Positions 35,356-47,321 of a stretch of DNA of 64,000 nucleotides are shown in pieces. Both the position numbers and the translations under genes were made by a program. The notes below the pieces were generated by a model. That model had not been told where the DNA came from, searched no databases, and saw only the letters and a list, made by a program, of their open reading frames with translations. The first letter of the stretch is position 1. The number at the start of each line of letters is the position of its first letter. The stretch is from Vitrella brassicaformis CCMP3155 (Eukaryota > Protista > Chromerida), in assembly GCA_001179505.1 (NCBI GenBank), contig CDMY01000428.1:1-64000 (forward strand). Reading direction: 5' to 3'.

Positions 35356-38300
35356 ATGGCGTCGAAGGAAAGACACTCTGTCCGCATGAGCGTCGACATG
35401 GACTCGAGTAGCATGGACTCACCGGCCTCAGATGATTCACCCTTCTTCCCTAAGCCTTTTCGACAGCGCGAAGAGGCAGCTGCAGCTGAGGGAGGGCCCG
35501 TTTACACTCCCACAGACAGCGAGGAGGACATGGACCCTGTGGATCAGATTGCGTACCTCCAGTCGGTGCTGGCCAAGCAGAAGAAGCAGACGGACCATGC
35601 TGTGGCGCTGCTCCGTGCCTTCGAGCTGCCGCGGGATTTCACCGGCAAGGCAGGGCGAGACGCCACCATGAGGATGCTGCTGGCGAAGATTGCCGACTCA
35701 ATCGAGGCAAGTTTGTTGGCGGACAGGCAAGGAAAAGGCACTGTTGATCTCTCTGCATGTTGATCTGTTGATCGATTATGTGCGTCCAGGAGTCGGCCGC
35801 CGAGGCCGTCGAGCTGTTTCGGTGCAAGCTGATCATCGCCAAACAGAGGCAGGAGATGAGCGACCATCTGCTGGTCCGACGCTTCGGCTGCCCATGAGTG
35901 AGACACACACGCGTCTCTCTATGTCGGCTTGGCTGCAGCAACTTGAGGACCTGATGCGTGAGCTCACCCGCGAGAAATCTGAGAACACGGCGAAAACAGT
36001 ACGTAAGCCTGCCTAGGCCTGCACTGTCTATGGTAGAGTCATTCTGTCTGCATACCTTGTGTCTGACCTGACGCAGACCGCGCTTCGCAGCTACGCGAGT
36101 AGTAGTGTGGTCGAGCTGTCCAAGCGGTGAGCGTCGATTCGATACATCTACCCATTGCAGATGGATGGATGGATGGATGGATTGACGGACCATATACCAT
36201 TTAACATGGTGTGGTTTGATGGCCATGTCAGGAACGCGGAGCGTTTCAAGAACGACCGGATGAAGAAGCAGGTAGGTATCCACGCCCTGTGTCCACGCTC
36301 AGCTGAATATGCGGCTCTTTTTGTCTGTCTGCTCATCAATACGACAGCTGGATTTACTCCACCAATGCATTGACCACGTGACCAAGCTTGACACGCCACT
36401 CACCCTTCCATCCACGTCTGTGCAGCCGAGGCCACCACTGCACAGTTGGGAACGAAAAGCCGTTGAGAGACACAAAGGAAAAACTGTCGATTCTCTTTGC
36501 TTTGTGTGTGTGTGTGTCTGTGTGTCTGTGTGTGTGTCTGTGTGTATGTTATCTTGCAGGCACTTCATCGGTTCTGGGTGTGAGCAATGTGTGCCTGCCT
36601 GGTGAAAGGCTGCCGCAGAACAACCTCGATGTGTTCAGGTAAACAGGGAGGGAGGGAGGTGTGTGAGCGCATCCACACTCATCTGCCTGCGCAGGAAGAT
36701 GCGCGTGGCGCTCCTGTACATCTTGAGACAAAACTCGGTCAGTCAGTCGAGTAACAGAAAGAGAAGTCGATCACAGCGATGCCTACCTGCATTTCGTTGG
36801 TGCATGTCGCCGTATTCCAGGTTCTCTCATCGAATGTCCGTCTCATGGTCGGTTTCAATCAATCAACCGTCGATCGACGCACACTCACGCTCTTAAGACA
36901 AAGGGTGCCTCGTCTTTGTCTCGTGCAGGCCAAGAGCCGCGCCATGCTGGAGGCCAAAATCCAATCCATGCAGTTCGAGATGAAAAAGATGGCTAATACA
37001 ATCAAGGTGACAAAAAGGTCCATCCGTCCCCTAGGGAGTGTCACCATGAAGGGTGTTGTCAGTCGGTTGGTCCTTTATCATGCAGGAGGGTGCGACGTCC
37101 GGGGGGGGCGTGTCAAGCCCCACCGCCCGGCGGGCTCTGACCTCCGCCCTGCGCCACTCGTCATCCAAGCACTCCGAGTTCCGGGGATATGAGCCCATTG
37201 CTCCAGGAATACACGGCATCCAGAGAGGTAAGGCCGTGGATACTGTCCGTACCGTACACACAGCGAGCACCCCGACGGCGGCCTGCATCTACGTACTTCT
37301 CTCTTGATTCTCACCCATGTAGACTTTTTGAATTTTCTCTATGCTGGCGGCGGTTATCTGCGGACAAGGTTTCTGGACGAGCTGTCCATCAAGCAGCAGA
37401 GAGCTGCCATAGCGGTCGGCCCACTGATCGCACAAAGACGCTCTGGCTAGTCAGTCTGTGATGAGTTGGCTGGCACTCCTTGACTGCAAGCTTTGTGTGT
37501 GTCTCACTCAGGGTTTGTGTATCGACTGGTACGCATATGTGACGCGGGACGGTCTCCTCCGGTCGATGGTCGATGGGCTGGACAGAGTCCTGCAGATCAC
37601 AGACATCAACCTAGCCTTCGCGGCAATCATCAAGGTCCGTCCTTGCGCACAATCATGTCCTACACAATGTCTCCCTAATCCACTCACTGTCTCCAGGAGA
37701 TCCGTAAGGCACTGCAATGCGACCGAGTGACAGTCTGGATGGTCGACGAGGAGAACGGCGACATGTGGACCCTCAAGTTCTCGACGGGCCTCGTTGGCTC
37801 TGAGCTGCGCATCCCTCTGGGCGTCGGCCTCGCCGGCGTGGCCTACGAAAGCGGCGAGGCCGTCAACGTCCCAGATGCCTACGAGGACGAGCGGTTCAAC
37901 CGCACTGTCGATCTGCAGACTGGCTATCGGACTCGCAGCGTGCTGTGTCTGCCCATCGTGCGTATCAAAGACGCGCCATCCGTGCCACCTGCGCACATAC
38001 AGCGCGCAGGCAGCGGGGCCTTCGACAGGAGCATGACACAGCAGTCGATGACGAGCACTCAGGTGGTGGCCATCATTCAGTGCATCAACAAATTCGCCGG
38101 TGGGTCCGTGTGTGGTGGCGAAGAGCAAAGCAAGTGGGAGACTTCCGCGTCTGTTGTGTCTCGTTGGCTTCGCAGGTCCATTCACGGAGGAGGACATATT
38201 TCTTCTTTCGTTCTTCGCCCCTGTGGCTACGAACGCTGTCTTCAACTGCCAGGTAGGTCGGCATGTCGACAATAACACAGGACGGAATGAAGGACTGTGT

Positions 38301-39283
38301 TTTCTTTTCGTGTGTCTAGCGGTCTGCGGCGGCTGAGTGGCTTATCATGAGGAAGGAGATGCTGTTCAACATGGCTGATGAGATGAGGTACGTCGTGCGA
38401 ATGGCCGCACTTCGGCACTCACGCGGCCCGGCCTCTTTGTTCTCTTTCTTTCGTGCCTGGACTGGCCTACAGCCGCAATTGTTACGCTTTGCCGGATATT
38501 CTTAACGCGATCCATTACTGGATGGACACTATCTTCAAAGTGGCTGACTGTCAGCTCTGCCTCATCGGCAAGAAAAGCCTGCAGAGGTGCCACCGAGCGC
38601 AAAAGGAGGAAGAGGAGCCGTTCTGCCCATCTGCCGCCGAGCCCGACCGGCGCCGCGGCTCTGGGCTGCTGGTCGAGCCAAAACCTCTTTGTGGTGGGTG
38701 ACACATACATGAGCAGATGGCCTTGTCCTTCTGAACTGGTATGTCTTTTTGTCTCTATCTGTGCTTGTTTGTGTGCCTGTAGGTTTGGTTGCTCAGTGTG
38801 CGGCAACCCGGCTGCCCAGCACGGCTGTCAACGCGAAAGAGGACCCCGCATTCAGCCGTACGCGAGAGACGCGTCACACATATGGTGTGTATGTATGTGT
38901 GTCGGATGCATGGGCTCGTCGATCAGGGTTGGTTGACTTGCATCTGGACGGTGCGGTGACGCACAGCTATCCCGTCTTTCTCTCGCCTGAAACACAGCAC
39001 AAAGTCATCGCCGTGCTGCAATTCACCATCAAGGTAAATAAACCCCCTCCCACCCCGACGGTTGATCGCTGTGTCTCTGTCTGTCTGTCCGTCTGTCCGT
39101 CTGTCTGTCTGGCTGTATTGACGAGTGCAGCAGCGTCAGTCTCAGTTTGTGCAGATGCAGCTGGGTGGCTTCGACCCCAGCATCCCGCGGCATCAGGAGA
39201 TCCTCAAGCGAATGCTGCGGCTGCTCTCCAACTACATGCAGCGCCTCGTACTGAATGACCCACAGTTTGCTGGCTTCTTCTGA
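35356..39283 (+). CDS. Coiled-coil protein with a cyclic-nucleotide-type GAF domain and a degenerate second GAF; no catalytic domain seen
   Basis: IRKALQCDRVTVWMVDEENGDMW...RIPLGVGLAGVAYESGEAVNVPDAYEDERFNRTVDLQTGYRTRSVLCLPI...VVAIIQCINK..GPFTEEDIFLL (NKFDE-type motif); second segment ...HSYPVFLSPETQHKVIAVLQF; N-terminal coiled coils. Confidence 0.85.
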
Positions 39284-39877
39284 CTCTTCCAACTCGCTGT
39301 GTGATTCTGGGGCCGTTGGGCTTTTAGGGATTTTGAGACATAGGCATGTTAGGTGTGATTCAAAGCGCTGTATGTAATTCCTTTCTTTACATCACGGCCA
39401 AAATGCATCCGATCGAAGAATGGTGGAGAGAAGACAGGCACAGGTTAGTTGGTGATTTGAATGAAGCACTCGTTCAACAACAAGGGCTAAAACCAGGGCA
39501 AGAACTGTTGACTCGTCTCTCCAATTAACCCACGCCAGCTTCATGAAAAATGATATCTACATATTCCAGCCCATCCATCAGCACTAACCGAGTGGGTCTG
39601 CTGCGGGGAAGGCGAAAAGGAAGACAGGGGAGCAGGAAGGAATAGGAAGGAAGGAAAGAGGAACGAATTAAGGGAGTGACGGTTGGCAGAGGTGGTCTGC
39701 ATGAGATATTTCAGTCCTCGGGCTGCCGATGGTGCTGTAGGAGGGGTCTGTATGCTGTCTTTTTATGCGGTATCTCTGCGTTCGATCTTCCTCCCTTTTT
39801 TTGCGAGCTTTGTAAGCGATTTTCTTCCTAGCTATAGCTACTGATATGAAAAGCCCCTGGCTTTTCATAGATCTGCA

Positions 39878-42504
39878 ATGTTCCAAAAGAAGAAGAGACG
39901 GTCGGCGAAGACCGCAGAAGCTGCAAAGAGAGAGGAGGGAGGAGAAGCTGTCGGCTCTCCGCCTGCTGAGAGGCCCAGCAGCGCTGACAAGGCCCTAGAC
40001 AAGGCCCCGCCGGCTGCCCCGCCCAAGGAGGGGCATGATATCGCCCATGTGTCGATAGCAGCTGCGGCCGAGAAAACCGGCGTCTCGAGGAGGAGCCAGC
40101 AGTGCTTGGCCTGCACCCAACGGGAGAAGGAAAATGGTGAGCTCAAGAAGAAACTCGGGGCGCTGAGAGCATCGCTGGCTGACATGAGTGGCACTTTGGA
40201 GCGCTCCAAAGACTACATCGGGAGGCTCGAGAAGCAGGCAGCGACGCTTAAGCGCCAAAGGGATGTGCTGCAAGCCGAGAATGAGCTGCTGTCCGACGAG
40301 ACTGCGGAGTGAGCTCACACATGCACCAAGGATGCACAAATGCATGACCTGGTGCATGGCCTGCATTTGTGCATTTCCTTTGCAGCTTCTTGCCCCTGCC
40401 AGAGGCGCGAAAGGTTTGTTGGAAGACCCTGCAGAAAGGCCGCGCTTTGCAGCTCTTCGTCACGTTGCCCTGGAGGACGTCGGCTGGGAGGAGGCTATTG
40501 AGACAAGCCCTTGAGAAACTGAGGGCAAATCGTGACAGCAAGAGGACCGTCGTCGACAACCTCCTTGCCGCCACGACAGACCGGGAAAGGCCTGAACCGG
40601 GGCGGCTGGCCGAACTAAGACAGGAGCAATTGCATATTGTGGGCGAGAACGCCCGACTCCTGGAGGAAGTCCAGTCACTTAAGGCAATGTTTGGCAGCAG
40701 ACGGGCGGAAAGGTCTCTGCAGCTCCCGGGCCATCCTCTGCCAAGTGCTGGTGTGGTCGACCACCCCTTGCATGTGGAGTACGACTCGCGCATTGTTGAC
40801 AGCGTGCTGGCGAGATTTGTCACCGTCTTTGCCTTCCAACAGAGAAGGCTCCTCTGGACTACATTCGCCAGGTGGGACACAGGACCAACCGATCCGATTT
40901 TCACACACGTCTCCTCTCCTCTTGATGTCGTTTGTCCAGGCTGCGGTTTCATGCGAGCCATTTGGTTGTGGATGCGGAAGAGGCTAGTGCTCAACGTGAG
41001 CTTTCACAGCTGTGCAGAGAGGCCGGGGAAGCCTATCGCATCCAAACGCTATTCCTCGTCCTCAAGTGGGCTGACAGGGACACGAGCCGGTCCAGTACAG
41101 TACGTGTCGCGGCACTCGGATGGTGTAATGTGCGTCTCTCACCTTATCAGGTGTTTCTTGTCTCGGCGTGTGTGTCGCTCTTTCATGAAGCTCTATGCTG
41201 TGCATTCGGATTTCTGGGTGGAGACATTCCCATTCTGCCATGCCTGTCAAGCGGCACATCCCCCTGGTACGTTCAGAGACATCAATCGCTTTGCTGCCGA
41301 GGTGATCAGACGTGGCCAATGCATGTCTGTCAATGTATGTATCCATGCAGGAGCCCACAGCAAGTACCGCCGTCAGCAGTATATGGTGTCGAGAAGAACT
41401 GAGAGAGCAGTTGATGGGGACGACTCCGCTCCGCCCCTCATGTCTTCATCCGATGCTCTCGCTGCAGCAGCAGCCGTACACGTTCCCCCTTATTTCGACT
41501 TCTTGCCCTCCAACAAGTGGCGGCGCAAAACTTCATATAACCGTTTCGTGGTTTCAGGAAGCAACCTGTCGTTGCGAGTCCCCCCCGAGCCGCATGCCGA
41601 GAGAGAAGAGCAGACTGACGAGCTGGAGTCTACCTCTCAGTTCCTGCCTGCCCCTGCTCACGAGGACGATCACACGGCTGCGACACCTCAGTTCCCCTCG
41701 CCAGTGAGCTTGGTATCTCGCCGTAAAGGGAGGAGGAGGTCAACTAGGTCACCATCGGGGCCCCGCCCTGCGTCAATCGAGGCCATGAGGCAAAGTTCAG
41801 CCCGCTCGTTTTGGCGCCCCCCCGAACCAGCCCCTCAGCAGCCACCATCGAAGAGCCACCCTGCAACTGGTCAGAAGTTGTCTTCAGTAACTTTCCTGCG
41901 TCTGCCAAGTACTGGCCAGCCAGAAGAGAGAAAAGCCCGCCCCTCTTGGCCAGAAGTCACTTATCCCACGCCCGTGTCCCAATTGCGAGAAGAGGCCAGA
42001 AGCGGAAGGGCAGGAGGGGACAGCGCCGGAGCCGGCAGCAGCAAGAGCAGCAGCGAGACTGGATCGGAGAGCGGGTCGCCGGCCGCCGGTACATCAGGGA
42101 GCGCTTCGTCAGCTCAGCCGCCCCCCACGTCCTGGTTCAACTGCTGCTCGTGGGGGGCGCCGCAGAGGGCCAGCTATGGGGGAGACACCGATGAAGAGCA
42201 GCCGGTTGCCGATGGTGGTGATGGTGATGACTGCCCTCGTGGTGACTTGTGGCACGAGGAGGGCTCGGAGTCGGACGCAGACTGCTCTGCGAGTCAGCTT
42301 GATGATGAATTTGATGTGGAGGATGGGGAGAAAGAGCCGGACAGCGCCTTCTCCAATGAATCTGTTTTGCTGGACGAAGGAAACGACGGAAGGTCAGGCA
42401 GGCAGGCAGACGCACGCGAGCCAGGCACCGCTTTGAATGCCCGTTTCTGGATGCTGTCTGTGTGTTATACAGTATGGCTGCGCGAAAATCCGATGTTGAT
42501 CTGA
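39878..42504 (+). CDS. Hypothetical protein: N-terminal NLS-like segment, coiled coils, long Ser/Pro-rich and acidic disordered C-terminus
   Basis: ORF 39878-40312 (MFQKKKRR...ELKKKLGALRASLADMSGTLERSKDYIGRLEKQAATLKRQRD) splices in phase to the 40369-42504 frame (LAELRQEQLHIVGENARLLEEVQSLK...). Confidence 0.6.
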
Positions 42505-42824
42505 TGTTGAGTTGTGTAGACAAGGCATTATCAGACAGACAGCGGCAGGAGAGGAGGCTGTCAGTAAAGAGAGACAGGTGACGGCCGGCATCGTATGCAA
42601 TGCGACATACATGTGCGAGTGGCTCTGATTCTGGCCGCGATCTTTGAGAAATGCATGAGTCCATTGATCACTGCAAATCGCCACGCTGGACGGTGGGATG
42701 GATCTGTAGGCTCATGGTGATTCAGGAGCATCCAACTTGGCGAATCCTCTTGCGGGAGAAGGGGACTCTCTTTTGCGAGCTTGGCAACATTTGATTTTCG
42801 AGGAGCGGACATCTGAGAGGAAAG

Positions 42825-45800
42825 ATGTCGAGTGAGCCGTGGCAGGAGTATGAGCTTCGCCATAACAAGTACAAGAAGCGGCAAAGGGCCAAGAAGGCCG
42901 CCGAGGGCTTGGGCAGCGACTCCACCTCCACATCCCCGTCCAACCACGCACACCCACCACCTCCCGCAGCCGCCATCGGCCCTTCAGTCACTGTGAACCT
43001 CCCCACTAGGCCACCGCCTGCCGACCAAAACGTCAACAACGATGCCAGCAGCAAAGGAGACCCTCACATAACAGCTCAGGTGCGTATGCAGCACACTGGA
43101 AGCGGTTGTGCCACAAACAGAACAGACGCGACGCGACACCCCATTGTATTTGTGCATCCTATATATCCCCCCTTCAGGCGCAGTCGGTGCGTGCCGACCC
43201 GGAGAGAGAGGAGGCGAGCCCTGCCGCGCCGCGGGAGGTCAACCCCCAGGCGCCGGCCAGTGCGAGCCATGACGTGACCAACGGGACGGACGAGAGGCAG
43301 CCTGAGTCGGAAAGAGATATCGGCAACGGTGACCGCCGACCAATCTGGGAACGGATGCGGCTGCCCGTGCGGGCAGGGTGGGGAGCAGGGGGGAAGGCGC
43401 AGGTGCGGTGCACACACATGTAGGGTGTGGTGGCGTCATCGTTTGGGTATCATCCACTCGCTCTGTGTGTCTGGTGTTTGCTTCGTTTTGTGTCTGTCTG
43501 TTATCAGGGGCCGGCGCCTGCAGATCCGCTCGACGGTGATGAGGTCTGGAGCAAAGACGGGGCCCTCAAGAAGTAAGGCGGCGAGACCGACTTAGAGACG
43601 CACGTGACATCCGATGTGATGTGCACTCTTGCCGCATCGGTTTCAGGGAGATCTACCTCCCCGCCGCGACTGTCGGCATGGCTGTCGGCAAACAAGGCAA
43701 CAACCTACATCGGTACCCAACACACACAGCATACACACCATCCACAAACGCATCATCAGAGAATGGGCTGATTCGCTTGCAGCATCCAGGCCGAGAAGAT
43801 CGTAACAGTGCTGGTGGGGCAGGATGCCTCGCACAAGTCGCGGACGGTGCTATCGCAGGGCCGCAGGGAGGTGTTGCGGGCGGCTTCCGACGCCGATCGG
43901 CAGGATCTGGTGCGCAAGCAGAGGGAGGAGTCGTCACGGCCCGTACGGGTCGTCATCAGGGGATTCACCGAAGAAACGGTGAGTGAGTGAGCGAACGAAC
44001 GTAAACCTCTGTTGCACTCTCTCTGTGTGTCCTTCCTTGTGTGTGTGTGTGTGTGTGTGAGTGGCAGGTGGAGGATGCTGCAGACGCATTGGACATGGTC
44101 GTGACGCACCGAGAGATACCCAAGAAGATGGTATGTGCACGCGTGTGCACACACGCGTACACACACATTCCCGCGCCCATCTGTCTGTCTGTCTGTTCTC
44201 AGGTTGGTTGGACGTTGGGCAAGAAGCACGAGAACATCCGCGAGATCGCGACCCTCTCCTCGGCCATTCTTGATGTGTATGACTACCCCCTCGTCGACAC
44301 ATCACTCGCCAACACCAACACACACACCAACAACTCGCACACCGACAAGACAGCTGACGACCCACATGTGGCCAAGGAGGTCCCGAAGGTGACCAGCAAG
44401 GAGAGCGATGGGCAGGGGGAGAGGGAGAGGCATGTAGAGAGCGACGCGCCCAACTGCCCGGACGGTGAGGTGTCTGGCGGCGAGCATGACAACGAGGGAG
44501 GCCACGAAGAGCACGGCGAAGAGCCGGGGTTGCTCATTGAAATAAAGGGTACCACGCGGGCGGGCATACAAGGAAGGAGGTAGTGAGCCGCGGCATTCTC
44601 TCTCTGTGCATCCTTCCTTCCTTGTGTGTGTGTCTGAAGGTCCTCGCCACGCGGTTGAGAGCGCCGAGATGCTCATCGACGTGCATCAGATGTACTTTGA
44701 CGTGTTTGAGGAGATGCGCAAGATCGACCAGGACCTGAAGGACCAGATAGAAGAATCAAACAAAGTGAGTGAGTGAGTCCAACAACGCACCGCACCAATC
44801 CCGCGGGCGCATTGTGGGTTGATTGGATTGCTGTCTGTCCTTTGTCTTTTCCTCAGTATATTGGCATAGGCAACGCCAACAACACCAGCAGTGGCACCAC
44901 CAACGGCCAGCCCCGCCACCCCAATCACCACCCCTCTCCCCGGCCCCCTCCCCCGCCNNNNNNNNNNNNNNNNNNNNNNNNNNNNNNNNNNNNNNNNNNN
45001 NNNNNNNNNNNNNNNNNNNNNNNNNNNNNNNNNNNNNNNNNNNNNNNNNNNNNNNNNNNNNNNNNNNNNNNNNNNNNNNNNNNNNNNNNNNNNNNNNNNN
45101 NNNNNNNNNNNNNNNNNNNNNNNNNNNNNNNNNNNNNNNNNNNNNNNNNNNNNNNNNNNNNNNNNNNNNNNNNNNNNNNNNNNNNNNNNNNNNNNNNNNN
45201 NNNNNNNNNNNNNNNNNNNNNNNNNNNNNNNNNNNNNNNNNNNNNNNNNNNNNNNNNCCCACCCCTCTTACCCCCACCCCCGCCCACACGCACACGCACC
45301 ACCAGCGGTGCCGCAGTCATTCTCCCAAACAAGGCCCCTGCCCCCCTCAATGCCACTCGCAAACCGACCGCAAAACGCACACACGACTGCCCGGCCGCCA
45401 AACCCACAAGGGGGGCAGCCCAGCTATGTCCCGTCAAGCCACCGGACCAATAAGGGGACTGCCTTCGTGCCGACTGCCGGGCGAAGGGGGAATGACCAGA
45501 AGACCAAGGCGAAAGAAGGCGCCGAAAACGACCATGGTGGTGCGGCAGCTGGCAGCACGCTGCACGGGGAGCAGCAGGAGAAGCACCATTCGGCCCCGGG
45601 CAGTCGAGGCAACTCACGGCCGCCATCGGCCGGCGGGGGCAGTGGCAGTGGTAGCGGCGGGCGGCCTCAGGCCAAGTCCTACTACCCCAAAGCCACCGTG
45701 TATCAGCCGAAACAACAACAGCAGCAGCAGCAGCACACCAACGGCAATGGTAACAGCAGCAAGCCAGATCCGCCTGCGAGCCACCACAGCGGCCAGCAAC

Positions 45801-45973
45801 AGCACCAACAGCAGCAGCAGCAGAAGCAGCACAAGCAGACACAAGTCTATGTGCCTGTCAAGAGAGCCACCGGTGGCACGGAGGGCGGGGTGGGCGAGAA
45901 AAGGAAGATGGAGCACGATGGCGAGGGACCCAGGGACGGGGAGGGGGCGGAGAAGGGGGCTGGTGGGGAGTGA
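42825..45973 (+). CDS. Tandem KH-domain RNA-binding protein, FMR1/FXR-like KH1-KH2 arrangement, with Pro/Gln-rich low-complexity tail (spans an assembly gap)
   Basis: REIYLPAATVGMAVGKQGNNLHRIQ (KH GxxG)...VRVVIRGFTEETVEDAADALDMVVTHREIPKKMVGWTLGKKHENIREIA...LIEIKGPRHAVESAEMLIDVHQMYFDVFEEMRKIDQDLKDQI. Confidence 0.8.
44958..45257. other. Assembly gap (300 N)
   Basis: Run of N flanked by C-rich sequence, inside the last exon of the KH gene. Confidence 1.
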
Positions 45974-47169
45974 TGCATGGTTGTATTGCTGCCGGCCGTG
46001 ACAGACAGCTGCTGTTGTTGGGCTCGGTCTTTAAGGGCAGGAGTCTTACTCCTGCCTGAATTCTCGCTGCCTTACCTTGCTTGCCGGATCCGCCTGTCCG
46101 TTTTGTTGGCTGTTTGTTGCGCGATGCATATGCATGCATACGTGTGTGTGTGGTGTGGTAAACGCAATTCATGCATATCTGCAGATGGGTGGGTGGGTGG
46201 GTGGACTGATTGCTGATGGATTTTCGTCTATCTGCCTCCCTCGCTCGCCTCATGGGCGGTGGGTGATGTGCGGTGATGTGACAGCAAATTGCTGTTGGCA
46301 ATGAATCAAGGAAGCTTGGACGGACGGCTCTTGTTGTGTTGACCGGGAAAGACATGTATGCGACGTCTGTCTCTTTTCTCCCCCCTCCCTCCCCACAGCA
46401 CACAGCACACACGCTTAAAACCCCCCAAGCTCACACACCACCCTCATCCACAGGCAGTGAAGACAGACAGACAGACAGAGAGGCCACATATCCTTCGGAT
46501 CTCTCCCACTCCCTCACAGGCAGGCAGCTGGCTACGAGTCAGTAGAGACGAGACGTGCGTGTCGCACCCACCCACAAACCGATATCACAGAGATGGATGG
46601 ATGGATGCAGTGCACGAGGGGCCCCCGCCCGCTCGCCTCGTCTGACACATCCATCCATCAACAGAACATTATGTATGCAGCACTTGACTTATACCACACC
46701 ACAGCACAAAAAGGGATCGAGCTAGCAGCCAGCAACACGACACAAGTGTTGCTTGCTTGAGTGCTGCAGCCATCCATCCATCCATCAGGCACACGCATTT
46801 ATCGCTAGATAGATACACGCATCCACAATGCAGGCAGACACGCACGCTCACAAAGGTGCTCACGAGAGTCATCACATACGTTGGTACGCAGAGGTCGGCG
46901 ACGACAGCCTGTATGCAATCCAATCCATACACATGCTCCGTCCGTCCGGTGGTCACGACGGGCAAAAAGAACCGCCGCTGACCAGCCGGACGGACAGGGG
47001 CACACAACACACAACACACAACACACAAGGCCAACGAACGAGCGGACGGACGGACGGACGAATGCCTGCAGTGCAATTGATGCCTCCCTCACGCGATGGA
47101 TAAAGCCATACAGCCCACCCCTTTGCCGGCCCGCAAAAGGAATCTCTCTCTTTCCGCCATTCATGCCAG

Positions 47170-47283
47170 TCAGACGTCGATCTTCTGGTTGCCTGCAGTG
47201 GGAGTGTAGTCGACCGTGGGCGACGTGCCGCCAGATATCCAGTTGCCCGACTCGTGCTGCGTCGTGAGTGGGTGGACCACACA

Positions 47284-47321
<38 letters not shown>

